Shown: piece by piece, positions 26,561 to 39,221 of the stretch
How positions within the stretch are numbered: the stretch's first letter is position 1
Layout: every line of letters begins with the position of its first letter
Source: Podospora anserina
Lineage: Eukaryota
Reading direction: 5' to 3'
Length of the DNA stretch: 64,000 bases
Assembly (NCBI GenBank): GCA_017654855.1
Contig: CM030337.1
Coordinates: forward strand, 248,001 to 312,000
Made by a program: the position numbers and the translations under genes
Notes under the pieces: generated by a model
Database searches by the model: none
Seen by the model: the letters and a program-made list of their open reading frames with translations, nothing else
Told to the model about the DNA's origin: nothing

Positions 26561-27506
26561 TTCCCTCCCTTTTATAATCCATTAATCTATCTACTTTATT
26601 AGTATAAACCCTATAGTCTTTCTAGGGTATTCTTTTCCCTCTCAATGCTTTCCACTAATCATCTAACCTATACGCACGACCGGATCTACAGATCAATGCT
26701 ACGCAACAATGTAGATATGCTAAGCCGAGACCTTCCCGATATAGCTATGACAGCGAGCTGCAGGACATACGCAAGTCACATTATCAAAGCCCTGTTACAA
26801 TGTGTAGCAATAACCGAATCTCCTCTTGTTGTCAACTGTCCTAAAAGTATGCAGGCTTTTGCTAAGCTACCTAGTCCAGAACACCTCCCACCGGTTGATA
26901 AGCTTGACTCGCGGTAGCTTTCATGTACTATCAGCAAGGTGCACAGGTCCTTACTCATGCCAGCCTTCCTTGCAGATGGCTCCACTGTTGAACGAACGCT
27001 ATCTGCGCGATGACAGCAACATGTCGTGATACACAGGCACAGGAGGCAATGGCAACTACCTTGCATTGGTTACCCCAGTAGTGCCTCAGTTTGGCCATTC
27101 AAAACCTCTTGCCTCACACCCTCACAGCTATTGCACTGCCATTTCCAAACATCTCTGCTAAGAGTAGTAACAGACTTTTGGAAAGACGTACTGACATCCC
27201 GAAGGCCGAGATGACGATTCCGAATCCCACCTCTTCCCACAATGGCGAGATGAAAGAGACTCCTGTTCTTGCTTGTGTGCAGAGGTTACTTCTAGAAGAT
27301 ACGTACGGCATTGTACGAAAGGGCTAGTGGTCAAAGCACGAACTCTCCGTTCATCTGCACTGCCTTGGTGGGGGCAAGAGCACCCCAGATATATCTGTCA
27401 AACACCTACCTCCTGAGATGCCCCCCCCCCGGTTCTTACACACTTCCCACGAAGCATTGACATTCTTCTCCAACTTACTCAAAAGCTTGTTCATTTCTCA
27501 ACCATT

Positions 27507-29670
27507 ATGGAGTACATTGACTCTGTAAAGAATGCCTTGCGGACCGACTTTACTTGGAACCGGGTCGGCCACCTTGCAGCAAGAGGAGCTCGTGCCTTTC
27601 CCCAGGCCAGTGTTGAATATGTCCTGGACAAATTTCCCATCATCGGATGGTTACCTCGGTACAACTATCGATGGATCATCAACGACATCATTGCTGGCTT
27701 AACCATCGGGCTCATGTTGATTCCTCAAGGACTTTCCTACGCTAAGATCGCCACCATTCCTGTTCAGTATGGCCTCATGTCTAGCTGGGCTCCATCGGCC
27801 ATCTATGCCTTTATGGGAACCACAAAGGGTAAGTGAAACGGCTTACCATGTGGGGGTGATTTGGTTTCTGACCTCCGGCACTGTAGATCTCTCGACCGGT
27901 CCTACCTCCCTCATCAGTCTCCTCACGGCAGATATCATCGAGGCTCTTCACGGTGAGGAGTGGTCGCCGGTGGAGATCGCGTCGGCAGTTGCCATGATGA
28001 TGGGCATATATGGTATGGCAATTGGATTTCTCAAGCTTGGCTTCCTCTTGGAGTTCATCTCCCTTCCCGTCTTGAGCGGGTTCATATCAGCGGTCGCGAT
28101 CACGATCATTCTTAACCAGATGGACTCTCTTCTGGGCGAACCCAACGTCGGCGACGGCACTGCCACGCAAATTCGAGACATCTTCCAGCAGTTGCCCCAG
28201 GCCAACGGCTATGCATGTGCCATTGGATTCACGGGTATACTCCTCCTCACAGTGCTTGACCAGGCCGGCAAGAGATGGGGGGAAAAGAACAGAATCATCT
28301 GGTTCCTATCCATCACCCGGGCTTTCATTGCACTGGTCATTTTCACTGGCGTCGGATATGCTGTCAATCATTCTCGTGGAGCTTCCGAGAACTACCTGTT
28401 TGATGTTGCCAAGGTTCAAGCAGATGGACAAGAACCACCCAAGGTGCCCAGTGCCGCCCTGTTGTCCAAAGTTGCGTCCCGCAGCATCGCCGTCTTCGTC
28501 GGCTCCGCAGTGGAGCATACGGCGATTGCCCGCGCCTTCGCGGTTAGGAACAACTACGTCACAGACCAGAGCCAGGAGCTGACATACTACGGCGTCACCA
28601 ACGTCTTCAACTCTTTTTTCCACGCAATGGGTGTCGGTGGCGCCATGTCCCGAACGGCCGTCAACTCTGCCTGCAACGTCAAATCTCCCTTGTCAGGGTT
28701 CGTGACCACGGCTGTTGTGCTTGTGTCCATCTTCAAACTCGTTGGAACCCTCTATTGGATCCCCAAAGCAACCTTGGCCGCTATCATCATCACCGCAGTT
28801 TGGCCGCTGATGTCATCACCCAGAGTCTTCTACGGGTACTGGAAGACATCACTCGCCGACTTCATCTCTTCCATGATTGCATTTTGGGTGTCTCTGTTTG
28901 TTTCAACTGAGCTGGGCATTGCATCAGCTGTGGGGTTCAACATCGTATATGTCCTGCTCCGACAAGTTTTCGCAACTGTCCGGTCCCTGCCAGATGCCCA
29001 AAGCTCGACCAGCTCTGAACTTCCGCTTCCCCTTTCGGTTCCCCATGGCGATATCCCCTCGCATGTCAACCTGCCTCCGGATGTCCACGTTTTCGCCTTC
29101 ACTGACAGCCTCTTCTTCCCAAATGCGTACCACGCCAAACATGCCATCATCGACACGGTGAAGACAATGCATGCCCCAATCTTCAATGGCAGTTGTGGCC
29201 TGGAGCAGAAACGACAGTGGTCAGTGACCGGGGAGAAGAGAATTGCCAAGTTGAGGAGACAAGCGGGCATTACTGATGGCACACATTTGCCTCCGATCGG
29301 CTTGCTAGTCCTCGATTTCGGGCGAACCAACCATGTTGATGTCACTGCCTGTACGCACATGAAGGCCATGGTTAAAGAGGTTAGAATGTACGGCGGTGCT
29401 TCTGTGGAGGTGAGATTTGCCAACATGTCAGAATATGTCCGCCAACGCTTCGAAAGAGCTGGGTGGACGTTGGTGGACGGCTGGCCGGCCGGATCTGATG
29501 GAGGATCGCAAGATGGGAACAAGGTCACTCGAGTGTTTGACAGTCTTGTTGACGCAGTTTTGGCCCCTAGACAGCTGAGCACCAGACTTGGCACTTCGGG
29601 GAGTGAGAAGAGTAGTGGCAAGAGCGTCGGAGAGGGAAGAGAGAAAGTGAGCATGAGAGAACAAGTATGA
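27507..29670 (+). CDS. SulP/SLC26 sulfate (anion) permease with a C-terminal STAS-like region
   Basis: Exons 27507-27828 and 27887-29670 (GTAAGT...CTGAC...TAG intron). Motifs DIIAGLTIGLMLIPQGLSYAKIA, GFISAVA, GGAMSRTAVNS. Confidence 0.95.
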
Positions 29671-30360
29671 ACTGCACATAGGTGAGAGATTTGGTTGTTG
29701 TTTTCTGACTGATCAAACACTGGAATATGAGATGTTCAGTGTGATTAACCTGGTCTAGAGAACCAGTTACAGAAGCTTTCAGGAGTTGCGGTTATCACTG
29801 GGCGTTGCTGTTAGTAATTAAATTAGGAACAACTCTTGATCACAAAGCTACATGATATTCGGTATGAAAGGCTTCCGCCCAGGCTAAACCATGCTGTTTG
29901 CAATGTTGTGATGCTGATAAGCTGACCCATAGATATACTCCATTTCCAGGGCAATGGTTAGTTAGCAGTCGGCAACCGCTAAGTCGATTTGTTCAGTTAC
30001 AGATGCCACTACGTCGGTACGCCTGGGGTGAAAGTTGACTTTCACCAAAGTGCCTAGCCGAAATTGTGGGCTCTTTTGCGCGGCCAGAGAGGGCACTTTG
30101 TAGTGACCGACCCTGGTTATGTGGCTTTATGGGCAAGCTCGTTTCCGGTTTGCTGTGGTTTGGAATTGCAAGGCATGTACTAATACAGCGCCATTTTGAA
30201 GCATGTTCGTGACACTCGACCAAATGGTAGCCGTGTGAACCTGCCCCAGCAGCTACACGAGAGCTTGAGAAAGAGGAGCATGTCTCTCCCCTACCAGACG
30301 TTTCTCTCTCCGCCGGTAGTAAGTTTGCTTGTAGGAAGACCTTTATTGATAATTGATCTT

Positions 30361-32369
30361 TCAACTCGGAGTGGGGCTTTCCGTGGATGTCATGCTCTCC
30401 GGGGTCGGGGGTGCTTCCACCGGTCTGAGGGGAAGTCCTGGCCCAGCAAATGGATTCGGGTTGACTGGCAGGCCATCACGGCCAATAAGCATAGAGGGGA
30501 AGCGAAGCTCGACCTAAATGTGGCGCTTGTGGTCAGACCAGTACACTGCAAGACCCAAGACGGCAGCGTACTTACGTCGTTGACAATTTGAGCATATTTT
30601 AGCCCAATATTTTCTGTGATCACCTTTAATCTCCCCTTGGCCCACAACCGCTGTTCCTCGGTTGTGATGTCGTGGTTTTTGACACAGGTTAATGGCCACA
30701 GGACGAGAAAGGCAGGGAGCGCTTTAAGGGGACCTTCGTCACCACAAGCGAAGCCGGAAATACCTGAGCTTGTGTTCAAACCGTCTTTATGCTTCGTGTG
30801 CCAGCCGAAATGATAAGGCACCGAGGCTAGAATCTCTGAAATAGTCTCCTCGCATATACTTTTAGAGGTACGGTATCCCGGGGTCGTGCGATAGTCAATG
30901 GGAGAACAACAGTACGCCGTCAAGCGGATACTGAGCGCTGCCAACAGCAACCGAGAGACCCTTGAAATGTTCCAGGCACTAGCCGTGACAAAGTCGGGGT
31001 ATATGTCAACGCGGCCTGGAAACACATCCACTTTGGCGTAGTCTCCACCCTTGGACAGGCCGATGTCGTCCTCATAGACCAAGCACAAGGTCTGAAAGCA
31101 GAACTGTCTTGGAACTGAGGCTTGCCAGCTAATGATTTCGCGATCTAGGGCCTCTACTTTCTGGATGAGCCGGTAAATTTGCTCCAGGGACTGAGGGGAC
31201 CTGGCTTGCCCTACTAGCAAGTGGTTCGATTCTGTTCGGAGGTCTGTATATTTGAGTGCGAGATGCTGAGATGTGGCAAGCAGCGTGTTGTTTTCAACAC
31301 CACTTGACATCCACCAGTTTGTACCAAAGGGAATCGGCATGCCCGAGGACAATGTCCGTGACACCTAGTCCTCTGTTAGTTCCACGCTTTGGTGACTTGT
31401 CGATTCAATTGGGCTTTACCAGCTGGTGCCGAACTGCTGAGAACAGCAGGGCCCCTGTTTTTGTTCGGCAGATGTCATCGCGGCCTCGCGACTTAATGAT
31501 GTTGACGGCGCCATCGATATGCGAGCGCCACGCTAGCATGCGACTTTCTCTGTTGGCAGTGATACTCTACTCATGTTAGCATAGACCTATGTCTTCCCAA
31601 TAGTCTTGAGCCGTCCGGAGTCTACTAATGGCGTACCTCATATAAAGACAACAGCAGCACCGTAGCTAACGTGGCGTGGGCGGTGGCTTTGGTGGGGTGG
31701 CCGAGGGCTTTATAAGTCCCTCCGAGCGCAAGTGTATGGTCTTTGAGAGATAGCTGAGCAAGGTCAATACTGTCGGATCGGTTGTGGTGGCTGAGAAGTG
31801 CGAATGCGCAGGCGTTGAAGGCGTAGCGCAGGGAACTCTCGGCTGGTTCTGATTCAATGAGTGGAATAAGATACTCCATGAACCCGTGCGGGGTACTCTC
31901 AGTCAGGGGCACGAGGATAAAGTTGGAGGCAAAGTAGCACGATGCTCGCTGTGCAAGAGGTACTGTTAACACCGGGGATGGGCTCGCGCTATCCGAGCCC
32001 CATGACTGAGGTTCTTCCTGCACAAAGACAAGAGCGCGAGAGCTGTACTCGGCAGCGTCGGCGAGCGGTGGAGGCGGTGATGTGCTTTGTGCGTTGCGCA
32101 AACGATGAACGGTGGATTTGGTCTGGTCTCGGTGGACGATCTCGAACTCGGGCCGGTAACCACCACAATCTCTTCGGGACTTCTCACAGCGTTTGCAGGT
32201 AGGCTTTTCCTCGTCACACTGGAGATTGGGGGTTGCATCGGCAGTTGGTCAGCACTGGACTTGTGGCAGAGAAGTAGGTATATTCACGGTACCAAGATCC
32301 ATTATTTACCTTTATACGACGCTGTCGACATGTGCGGCACCCTCTCGAGGGTTTCCCGCCATAGACCAT
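30361..32369 (-). CDS. Zn(II)2Cys6 transcription factor with a fungal-specific TF domain
   Basis: Spliced MVYGGKPSRGCRTCRQRRIK|CDEEKPTCKRCEKSRRDCGGY. Introns at 32309-32219, 31636-31567, about 31420-31365 and about 30575-30515. WRSHIDGA motif; stop at 30361. Confidence 0.9.
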
Positions 32370-32966
32370 TTCGAATCCTATGCAAAGCCGACATGTAATG
32401 GGAAATAGAAAGTAACTGTGTCAAAATACCGATGGCTAAGTCCAAAAATATCATCCGAGACCAGACGAGATGCTGGGATTCCACGCCGGATTGGTAATGG
32501 TGGAACTTCTGCGGGGTTCTTCAGCGGCGAGCAAAACGAGGGGACGCTGCCAAGGGAATAGTTTCCCCTACCTCTTCGGTTGAAGTCCCACCAATCTCAG
32601 GCATGATCCCGACTGGCGCAGGCCGTCGGCAAGCCCAACCGAAATGTTTGACTGTCTGGTCTGAGGTTGCCAGGGGTTCTTTTTTTTTGGCCACATGCAA
32701 GAGGGGCCAGCCCCTTTCAAGTCAGCGTTACAATAGGATCACCACTGACAGTTACAAATCTCAGTCGACTGCATGCGCTGTTCAAAATATCAATTCCTCA
32801 ATTTTTGTTAGAATCGTGTCAACTAACCAGTTTGCCGCTGAGAATAAGGCCCTTACTTTCCAATTCTTCCTCGACACCATCCCCTTGTTCTCCTCCAGCT
32901 CCGCATTCCCGGGGTTTTCACACCTCTTAGACCAAGCACTTGCGATCCACGTTGATACTGCCGTGC

Positions 32967-33856
32967 CTACACAGCAACCACTGGAAGGATTCTCGTATCC
33001 ATAGCTCTGCGGTCAAATATTTTGAAGTCCAGCACATCTTTGAACTGGTCCCGAACTTTCTCCAGCTGTGTCTGGGCTTGTTGCATCCTCTCGGGTGACG
33101 ATTCCACCAGAGTCCGCACATTGAGCATCCAGTACGGGGCGTAGGGCTCTCGAGCCGAGAGATTCATGACTTTGTCAGAAGGCAAGGAGTCCTCAGCGAT
33201 CCAGGTCCGGATCAGGGCAAACTCAGTAAAGTAATCTCTCTGCCACCAGTGGTATGATTCTTCAAAAATGTTGGACACTCGCCTGCAGATATGAACAGTT
33301 AGTTAAAAGAAAACCGACAGGGTTGAAGGCTTGGACATGCGTAAACTTGTTGTCGGCCAGTATTTTTTCCAGTCCGAGATCAATGATTTCAACTGTTCTT
33401 CGCTGCGTCATGTAAGGAGGTAATCGTTGGCTGGGAGGATCGGGAAGCTCCGTCCACCGGAGAAGACGAGGTCTGTCAGCAGGAATGCTCACTGCTTCTC
33501 TGCTTGTGAAAGGTCATCGAGTTAGCAGTGCTTTGAGAGCATGTGCGTTCTTGAAAAAATACCCACCCCTTCTTGGCACCCTCGACTTCACTGTCAGTGA
33601 GGCGTGTGCGCACTTGGATGGTGCAGGGTTGCTTGGTTAGGATCTGATGCAGTTCGTTCCAGTGTGAAGCATTTGCGTGTCGCTCTTTCTGGAGTTCTTT
33701 GATAGTCGAGATGCCTTTCACTGCTGGGCTGGGCTCAAAGTGTTGAACACGCGTGAATTGATGTCGCTCATGCATCTCGGTAAAGCCGCCAAGTAGAGCC
33801 AGTATCTTCGGAACTTCATGTTCTTTGATGACAGACGAGAGGAGTAGCTCGTGCAT
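32967..33856 (-). CDS. MED18: Mediator complex subunit 18 (Srb5)
   Basis: Three exons. MHELLL...LGGF N-terminus, LRWTELPD and C-terminal FDRRAMDTRI resemble fungal Med18. Confidence 0.8.
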
Positions 33857-34506
33857 GATGATTTAGAGGTGAGGTCGTAGGCCACAGCTCGAACCGAGTA
33901 AGAGTGTTTGAGAATAAATTTGTCAGCCAACTCGATCAAAGGGTCCGTGAGGGTTTAGAAAATATTGCCGTCGGAGTTGGAATAAGGGTTTGTTTATAAA
34001 TAGGGCCTGCAGGTGAATATGAAGCAGGAAGGAAATCAGTGGACGCTACCGTAGCCAAGTAGCAAATTGTGGCTGGAGTGAGGAAGCTACCCCACATAAC
34101 CAGGCGTCTTGTGGTAACCCTAACCCTGGTCATTATTCTGGGTCTCTGCACCATTCCGACACCTCTCTGATCAGAGGAATGGGTCTTGGTCGATTCTCTA
34201 GACTAAAGAAAGCAGACCTTGAAAGAATGTACGTAGGTACTTTGGGAGCTTAACTGCTTACCCAAGCAATTGGTGCTGTCAATACCAACCCCCAGATTCA
34301 GGTGACCGATGGACGCCTTTGTTGACTGGAGGCTCTTGCATTCTCCCCACTTAAAATTCGTCCAGTACTCTCCTATTCACCACCAACCAACCCATTTCGG
34401 TCTGTGACGACTTTCCGAACACAACAATCTCAGGGATCCCTTTGACAACTAGAAGACGCGCTAGTATCTGATCTTGCCTCCTGTCCACAGACCTGAAACC
34501 ACTGCA

Positions 34507-34896
34507 ATGCCACCTTCGCAGCTCGCAGCCGTACCCATCGCAGCCAATGCTTTTGCAACCCTCTTTGTTGGCTTTGGAATCAATGCGATACTACGTCCCG
34601 AGCATGCACTCACTTTCTTCGAGTGGACCCTTCCCGCCAACATCGCCGACGTAGAGACAGTCAACAGCTTGACAGCCGTCTACGGAGTCCGCGACATCTT
34701 CATGGGCCTTGCTCTCTACTCAGCTGCCATCTGGGGCACTAAGAAATCTTTGGGCTGGACTTTGAGTGCGGCGAGCGCCGTCGCCTTTGCTGATGGCTGT
34801 ATTTGCTACACCCACAGGCAGGGACATGGAAATCATTGGGGATATGCACCGTTACTCACGATAGTTGGCACGCTGCTGAGTGGTCTATTTGACTGA
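34507..34896 (+). CDS. DUF4267-family small integral membrane protein
   Basis: GFGINAILRP..AL..F, YGVRDIFMGLA, A.AFADG and HWGYAP motifs; four hydrophobic segments. Confidence 0.85.
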   Translation: MPPSQLAAVPIAANAFATLFVGFGINAILRPEHALTFFEWTLPANIADVETVNSLTAVYGVRDIFMGLALYSAAIWGTKKSLGWTLSAASAVAFADGCICYTHRQGHGNHWGYAPLLTIVGTLLSGLFD

Positions 34897-34957
34897 GAGA
34901 GTTGCTCATAGTGCGTGGTGGATGATGGAGTGGCTGATCTGATATGTACCAAGTTCA

Positions 34958-36364
34958 TCAGCTGGTTGAGACACAGGCTCTTTGCCCCTTGACATATTGC
35001 CCCTGGACATAAACTTCAACAATATTCCTGTCATCCCCAGTCATGATGAACTTTTCAAACACCGTTTCCAGTGTGTCATCCTCTTCCACCATGGTCATGA
35101 TTCCTTGGTCGGCTCCTTTGGTGCCAATGATCAGTCCATCAAAATCCTTTCCGGCCTCGAAACTTCCAATCTTGTCTTCGAGGCAGCAGACTGCAGCTCC
35201 TCCGAGGGTTGCCAGGTAAAAGACCTCGGCAATGCTTAGTCCCTTGTCCTTACCTTCAGACATCACCTCTCTTGCGTTACTGGCGATCATAGCCTGCCGC
35301 ATAGCATCCAACATGCTACTGGAAAACCCGCCACCACTATCCGTGCCAAGCCCAACCTTGATCTTTTTATCCAAGAGCTCCCTTACTGGGGCTGCCATAA
35401 ACCCCCCTCCCACTGTCAAGTTTGCTATCGGGCAGTGCGCCACTCCACAGCCCAGCTTCTCAATTATTTCCAGTTCGTGCTCATCCATATAGCAGCAGTG
35501 CGCCAGTATCGTTCTCTTCCCTAGCAGCCCAAACTCCTGGTATAGATCTGCCTCGCTCCCACCAAACTGCGGGAACAGCCGCTGAGTCTCCTCCATCTCC
35601 TGCTTAGCCTCATTGAAGTGCGTTTGCACTGCCAGATCCTCGTTCTCGCTCCGAATGTCCCCCAGCCCTTTGAGTGTTTCTTCGTCACAAGAGATGGCAA
35701 ATCGAGGTGTGATGACATACTTTACCAACCTCCCTGCTGGATCTATGGCTCTGACATGTGATATGCACTCTCTGGTCTCCCTCAGCGAGTCCCCCGCACT
35801 TTTTTCCACGTAAAAGTCGGGCGAGTTGCGCGTCATGTTGCACTTTCCCACATAGGCCCTCTGCCTCTTTTGCAAGCAGATGTCAGCCAGTATCTTCGTC
35901 GCCTCAGCGTGTACAGAACCGAAGTAGCTCGCAGTGGTGATGCCTTGTCTCAAGAACCCCTCCACGCAGGCAGTGTAGATCTTGCGGGCATAGACCGGAT
36001 CGGAAAACTTGGCCTCGTTGGGAAAAGTGATCTTGGAGAGCCAGTCGAGGATGTGCATTCCCTGGCCTAGTCCTCGCTGAGCATACTGAGGGGCGTGGTT
36101 GTGGGTGTCGACAAAACCAGGTATGAGGAATTCGCCCGGGTTGAGGTGTGTGGTGTTGGTTCGGTCGAGGCAAAAAGGAAGGTGGTCGAGGGCTTGGTCT
36201 AGTTGTTCTGCCAGACCATCCGGCTCGAGCTTGACTAGTTTGTTGATCTTGCCTTGAGGATCAATAATCAGCAGGGCCAAGGGATTAATCTCGAGCTTCG
36301 AGACCGAGAGAGAATGGATGACGGGCCCGACAAAAGCTCTTGCATGTCCCAGCGTGGCGGCCAT
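34958..36364 (-). CDS. Guanine deaminase (amidohydrolase superfamily)
   Basis: Motifs PGFVDTHNHAPQY, TPRFAISC, QTHFNE, LAHC, GLGTDSGGG and GDDRNI; single 468-aa ORF. Confidence 0.95.
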   Translation of the reverse strand: MAATLGHARAFVGPVIHSLSVSKLEINPLALLIIDPQGKINKLVKLEPDGLAEQLDQALDHLPFCLDRTNTTHLNPGEFLIPGFVDTHNHAPQYAQRGLGQGMHILDWLSKITFPNEAKFSDPVYARKIYTACVEGFLRQGITTASYFGSVHAEATKILADICLQKRQRAYVGKCNMTRNSPDFYVEKSAGDSLRETRECISHVRAIDPAGRLVKYVITPRFAISCDEETLKGLGDIRSENEDLAVQTHFNEAKQEMEETQRLFPQFGGSEADLYQEFGLLGKRTILAHCCYMDEHELEIIEKLGCGVAHCPIANLTVGGGFMAAPVRELLDKKIKVGLGTDSGGGFSSSMLDAMRQAMIASNAREVMSEGKDKGLSIAEVFYLATLGGAAVCCLEDKIGSFEAGKDFDGLIIGTKGADQGIMTMVEEDDTLETVFEKFIMTGDDRNIVEVYVQGQYVKGQRACVSTS

Positions 36365-36679
36365 GTCGTCTGCAGCAACTTGATTCTGTCACCAACTGGA
36401 AAGCGGAGAGCATGAAGTGGTCAGGAGAGAATGGGCGGATGTGAGATACTTGATGAGACTGAGTCGTGTGGTGAAGCGGGGTAAGACACTCAAAATTGCA
36501 GGTTGCCTGACGTGGCAAGAGCAAGTGCCCACACGTTGTTGGGCACAAATTTGTTGTTCTCAGGAGACGTCACGGGCACCAAGCAGCGATCAGTAATAGT
36601 AGGTACGAAGTGATCTGCCCGTTAACCCACGGACTACCTGGGTATATACATACAGTTTCTATCCAATCTATATTCGCCA

Positions 36680-37924
36680 TTACACATAAATGTAGCACAA
36701 GGGCCCACCTCCAATTCCAATCGTACTCATCACATCGCGAATTTCCAACACCCCCGCTGCAGGCCCAACTACACCCAAGTCGAGCAAATCATCCAGTGTA
36801 CCGTTCCTCGAGGGCGGAAAGTTGTTAAGCGTGATGGTGCCCCCAATAGCATTCGTCCTGGTCTCGGGGTGGAGATTCTGCCAGATCCACCACACACGAT
36901 CGATCTGAGCATGATGCAGATAGAACGCCGGTTCACCGGGGCTGGCAAAGAGATCACCGCCCGGATCGCCGCCGATGGTGAAATGGCCTCCGGTGTGAAC
37001 CCCGTAGAAACCGGTGGCAAAGTCACCTTGCATGCGGTTCTGGAAAGACAAAATGTCAGTGTAGTTGCTGATGAGGTCGTAGCTCTCAAAGTCAGTCGTC
37101 CAGTTGGAGCTGACCCATGATGAGATATCACGGCGGAGGCAGCGCGGGTTGTAGGTAAACAGGGACGATGCGGGAACGACGCCAGGTGCCGCGAGGGTTG
37201 GTGCAATTGGACCGAGGTTCACTGACATGTTGGCAAAGGGACCAGTGGTAACGCAACCGCCGCCAGAGCCAGGTGGAATACAATTGAGTCCCGTGGGCAA
37301 GCCGTCGGTGCAATTGTGAGGGACGTACTCGCCGTTCCCGCCCATTGAGGTGGAGGACCCGTCAAAAACAGGCGAGTTGAGAGGGTTGTGGGCATACTTG
37401 CCCCAGTTCCAGTAGGGGTGGTAGCCGTTGTAATTGCATTCGCTTCGCAAGGCCTGCTCGAATGCATAGGTAAAATACCGGTGCCATGATAGGAAGTTCG
37501 CAGTGCCATGGATGGAAAAGGTTTGGTTGATGTGAACGGCCACGAAGTCATCAAAGCGTGTCTTGGCCCCCGGAACCTCAAGGGGATCAAGGAGGGACGG
37601 GTGTTCCATGAGACATCTGACTGCGTTGGTGTACGCTTGCCTGTTTGCCGCAGAAAGTGATCCCCTGGCTCTTGATATCAGTGACTGATCGCACTGCGGA
37701 TCGTAATGGGGTACCCACCATTCACGTCTAATAGCGACATTCTCTAAGGTACAGGTTGCGGTATCACGATTCTGGGCAGCGTGGAGGGTGAGCTTGCCGA
37801 GAGCTGCCGCAGCGAGGATATCTGTTTGAAGGGTCGGGCCGACCACGTAGCCTCCCGACGCCGCCGAAGTGCCGGCTACGGAGAGAATACTGGCCAGTCC
37901 AAAAGACTTCAATGTCGCGTGCAT
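36680..37924 (-). CDS. Secreted tyrosinase / di-copper oxidase
   Basis: Signal peptide MHATLKSFGLASILSVA; in-frame 54-nt intron at 37665-37718. CuA H..Q...IH....FLSWHR; CuB GVHTGGH...PAFYLHHAQIDRVW. Confidence 0.93.
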   Translation of the reverse strand: MHATLKSFGLASILSVAGTSAASGGYVVGPTLQTDILAAAALGKLTLHAAQNRDTATCTLENVAIRREWWVPHYDPQCDQSLISRARGSLSAANRQAYTNAVRCLMEHPSLLDPLEVPGAKTRFDDFVAVHINQTFSIHGTANFLSWHRYFTYAFEQALRSECNYNGYHPYWNWGKYAHNPLNSPVFDGSSTSMGGNGEYVPHNCTDGLPTGLNCIPPGSGGGCVTTGPFANMSVNLGPIAPTLAAPGVVPASSLFTYNPRCLRRDISSWVSSNWTTDFESYDLISNYTDILSFQNRMQGDFATGFYGVHTGGHFTIGGDPGGDLFASPGEPAFYLHHAQIDRVWWIWQNLHPETRTNAIGGTITLNNFPPSRNGTLDDLLDLGVVGPAAGVLEIRDVMSTIGIGGGPLCYIYV

Positions 37925-39221
37925 GATGAAGGCGGGCCAGTGAAGGACAGTGATGTGAGAGAGTTGGCACACGAAAAACTGACATTTCGGGAATGTTTTA
38001 TACCGGCAACCAAGACCCCGGGACTCCCAGGAACCATGGTTGACCATCAGTTGGAAGCCAATGAGGGTCCATGAGGGCAGAGCCTTGGTATCTATGGAGA
38101 CTTCAGTGGTACCGACAAGACTTAGCTGGCCAACCAGAGACTAGTTGACCATGTTTGACGATGGAGTCACGTATCCAAGCACGATAGACTGGCGAGTGTA
38201 CATTAGCTCATGCTGTTGGTTGTTGGTGGTGTAACTCGAGAAAAGTCTTCCATGCCATGTCCGAGTAAGCGGAGGAAGGCCATGAACTCACGAAGTTGCT
38301 TGAGGGTAAGCGTCTCGTTCGGGGTTGAGGATGGATGCAGGTGCGACTGCACTGCAACCTAACGGCAGGCAGCGTATTGAGCCTTGGGGCCTTTTGAAAG
38401 GCGGTGGTGTTGATAGTACCAGGAATATTTGTATGTGTTTCGGCCGAGAGCGGAAGAATAACCATGGCGCACTAGGGTGCAGTGGCTCGAGTTTTGTTTT
38501 ATTTGGATATGTGTCAACATGGTAATGGGTATAAGGTGTGTCTCGGCAGTTGAGGACATTTTCGTTCTCACCCGCCCAACCTTGGCATTGGCTGGGACAG
38601 GGTACCCGTAAATAGATGCATGATGCATGATGCTTGATTCCAGTAGCCACCTACCCGAATCCAGGTATTTTTGTGTCTGTCGGTGTGTCCGTGTGTCCGT
38701 GTGGTTGCGGGGCAGCTGTCACCCAAAGTGTACACAAAGCAACATGGAATTCTCTTGCTGTTTATTATCCAGCCAACTATACTGATGAAGTGCTTATGGC
38801 AAGTGCCGCCACCTTTTCTTTGACAACGAAAGCCCGGGCAAGAATAGAGATTTGTGTAGCTAAAAAGACCTGACGTAGTCGCAATTGCAGACGATAGTCT
38901 ACCAAGTAAGCCATAACGCCGGTAGTTTTCGAATTCCAGGCCTTCACATACCACAGTTACCTGCTAGAGATAGCGTAGGGCGGTCACGGCAGCCTGGTTG
39001 CCGTGATGGCACAACTTTCGCCGTCTTGCTCCTTCTTCCTGTAAACTTCTTTGTTTGACAAGTTTCATCTCGCACCCCGACAAATGTTTTGTCCAGCGAC
39101 TTTGTTAATTCATTCAACCCTTTTCCATTAGTTTTCAAATAGCAAACGTCGACTTCCGTACCTACACAAAACCCTACACTTTCCTCTTTGTTATGCTCCC
39201 TCACCTTGCGCAGAAAGACAC

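Larger units (their letters stand above)
1..26640. other. AT-rich, RIP-mutated transposon nest (likely heterochromatic)
   Basis: Very AT-rich, with excess TpA, depleted CpA/TpG and retained CpG. Paired LTRs differ almost only by C>T/G>A. No long ORFs survive. Confidence 0.95.

Noticed and set aside
28830-29720. 296-aa antisense ORF and other shadow ORFs over real genes
   Set aside because: They overlap well-supported genes on the opposite strand and lack recognisable motifs.
36680-38047. 455-aa tyrosinase as given by the ORF track
   Set aside because: The likely start is 37924 (signal peptide), and the ORF reads through a 54-nt in-frame intron.
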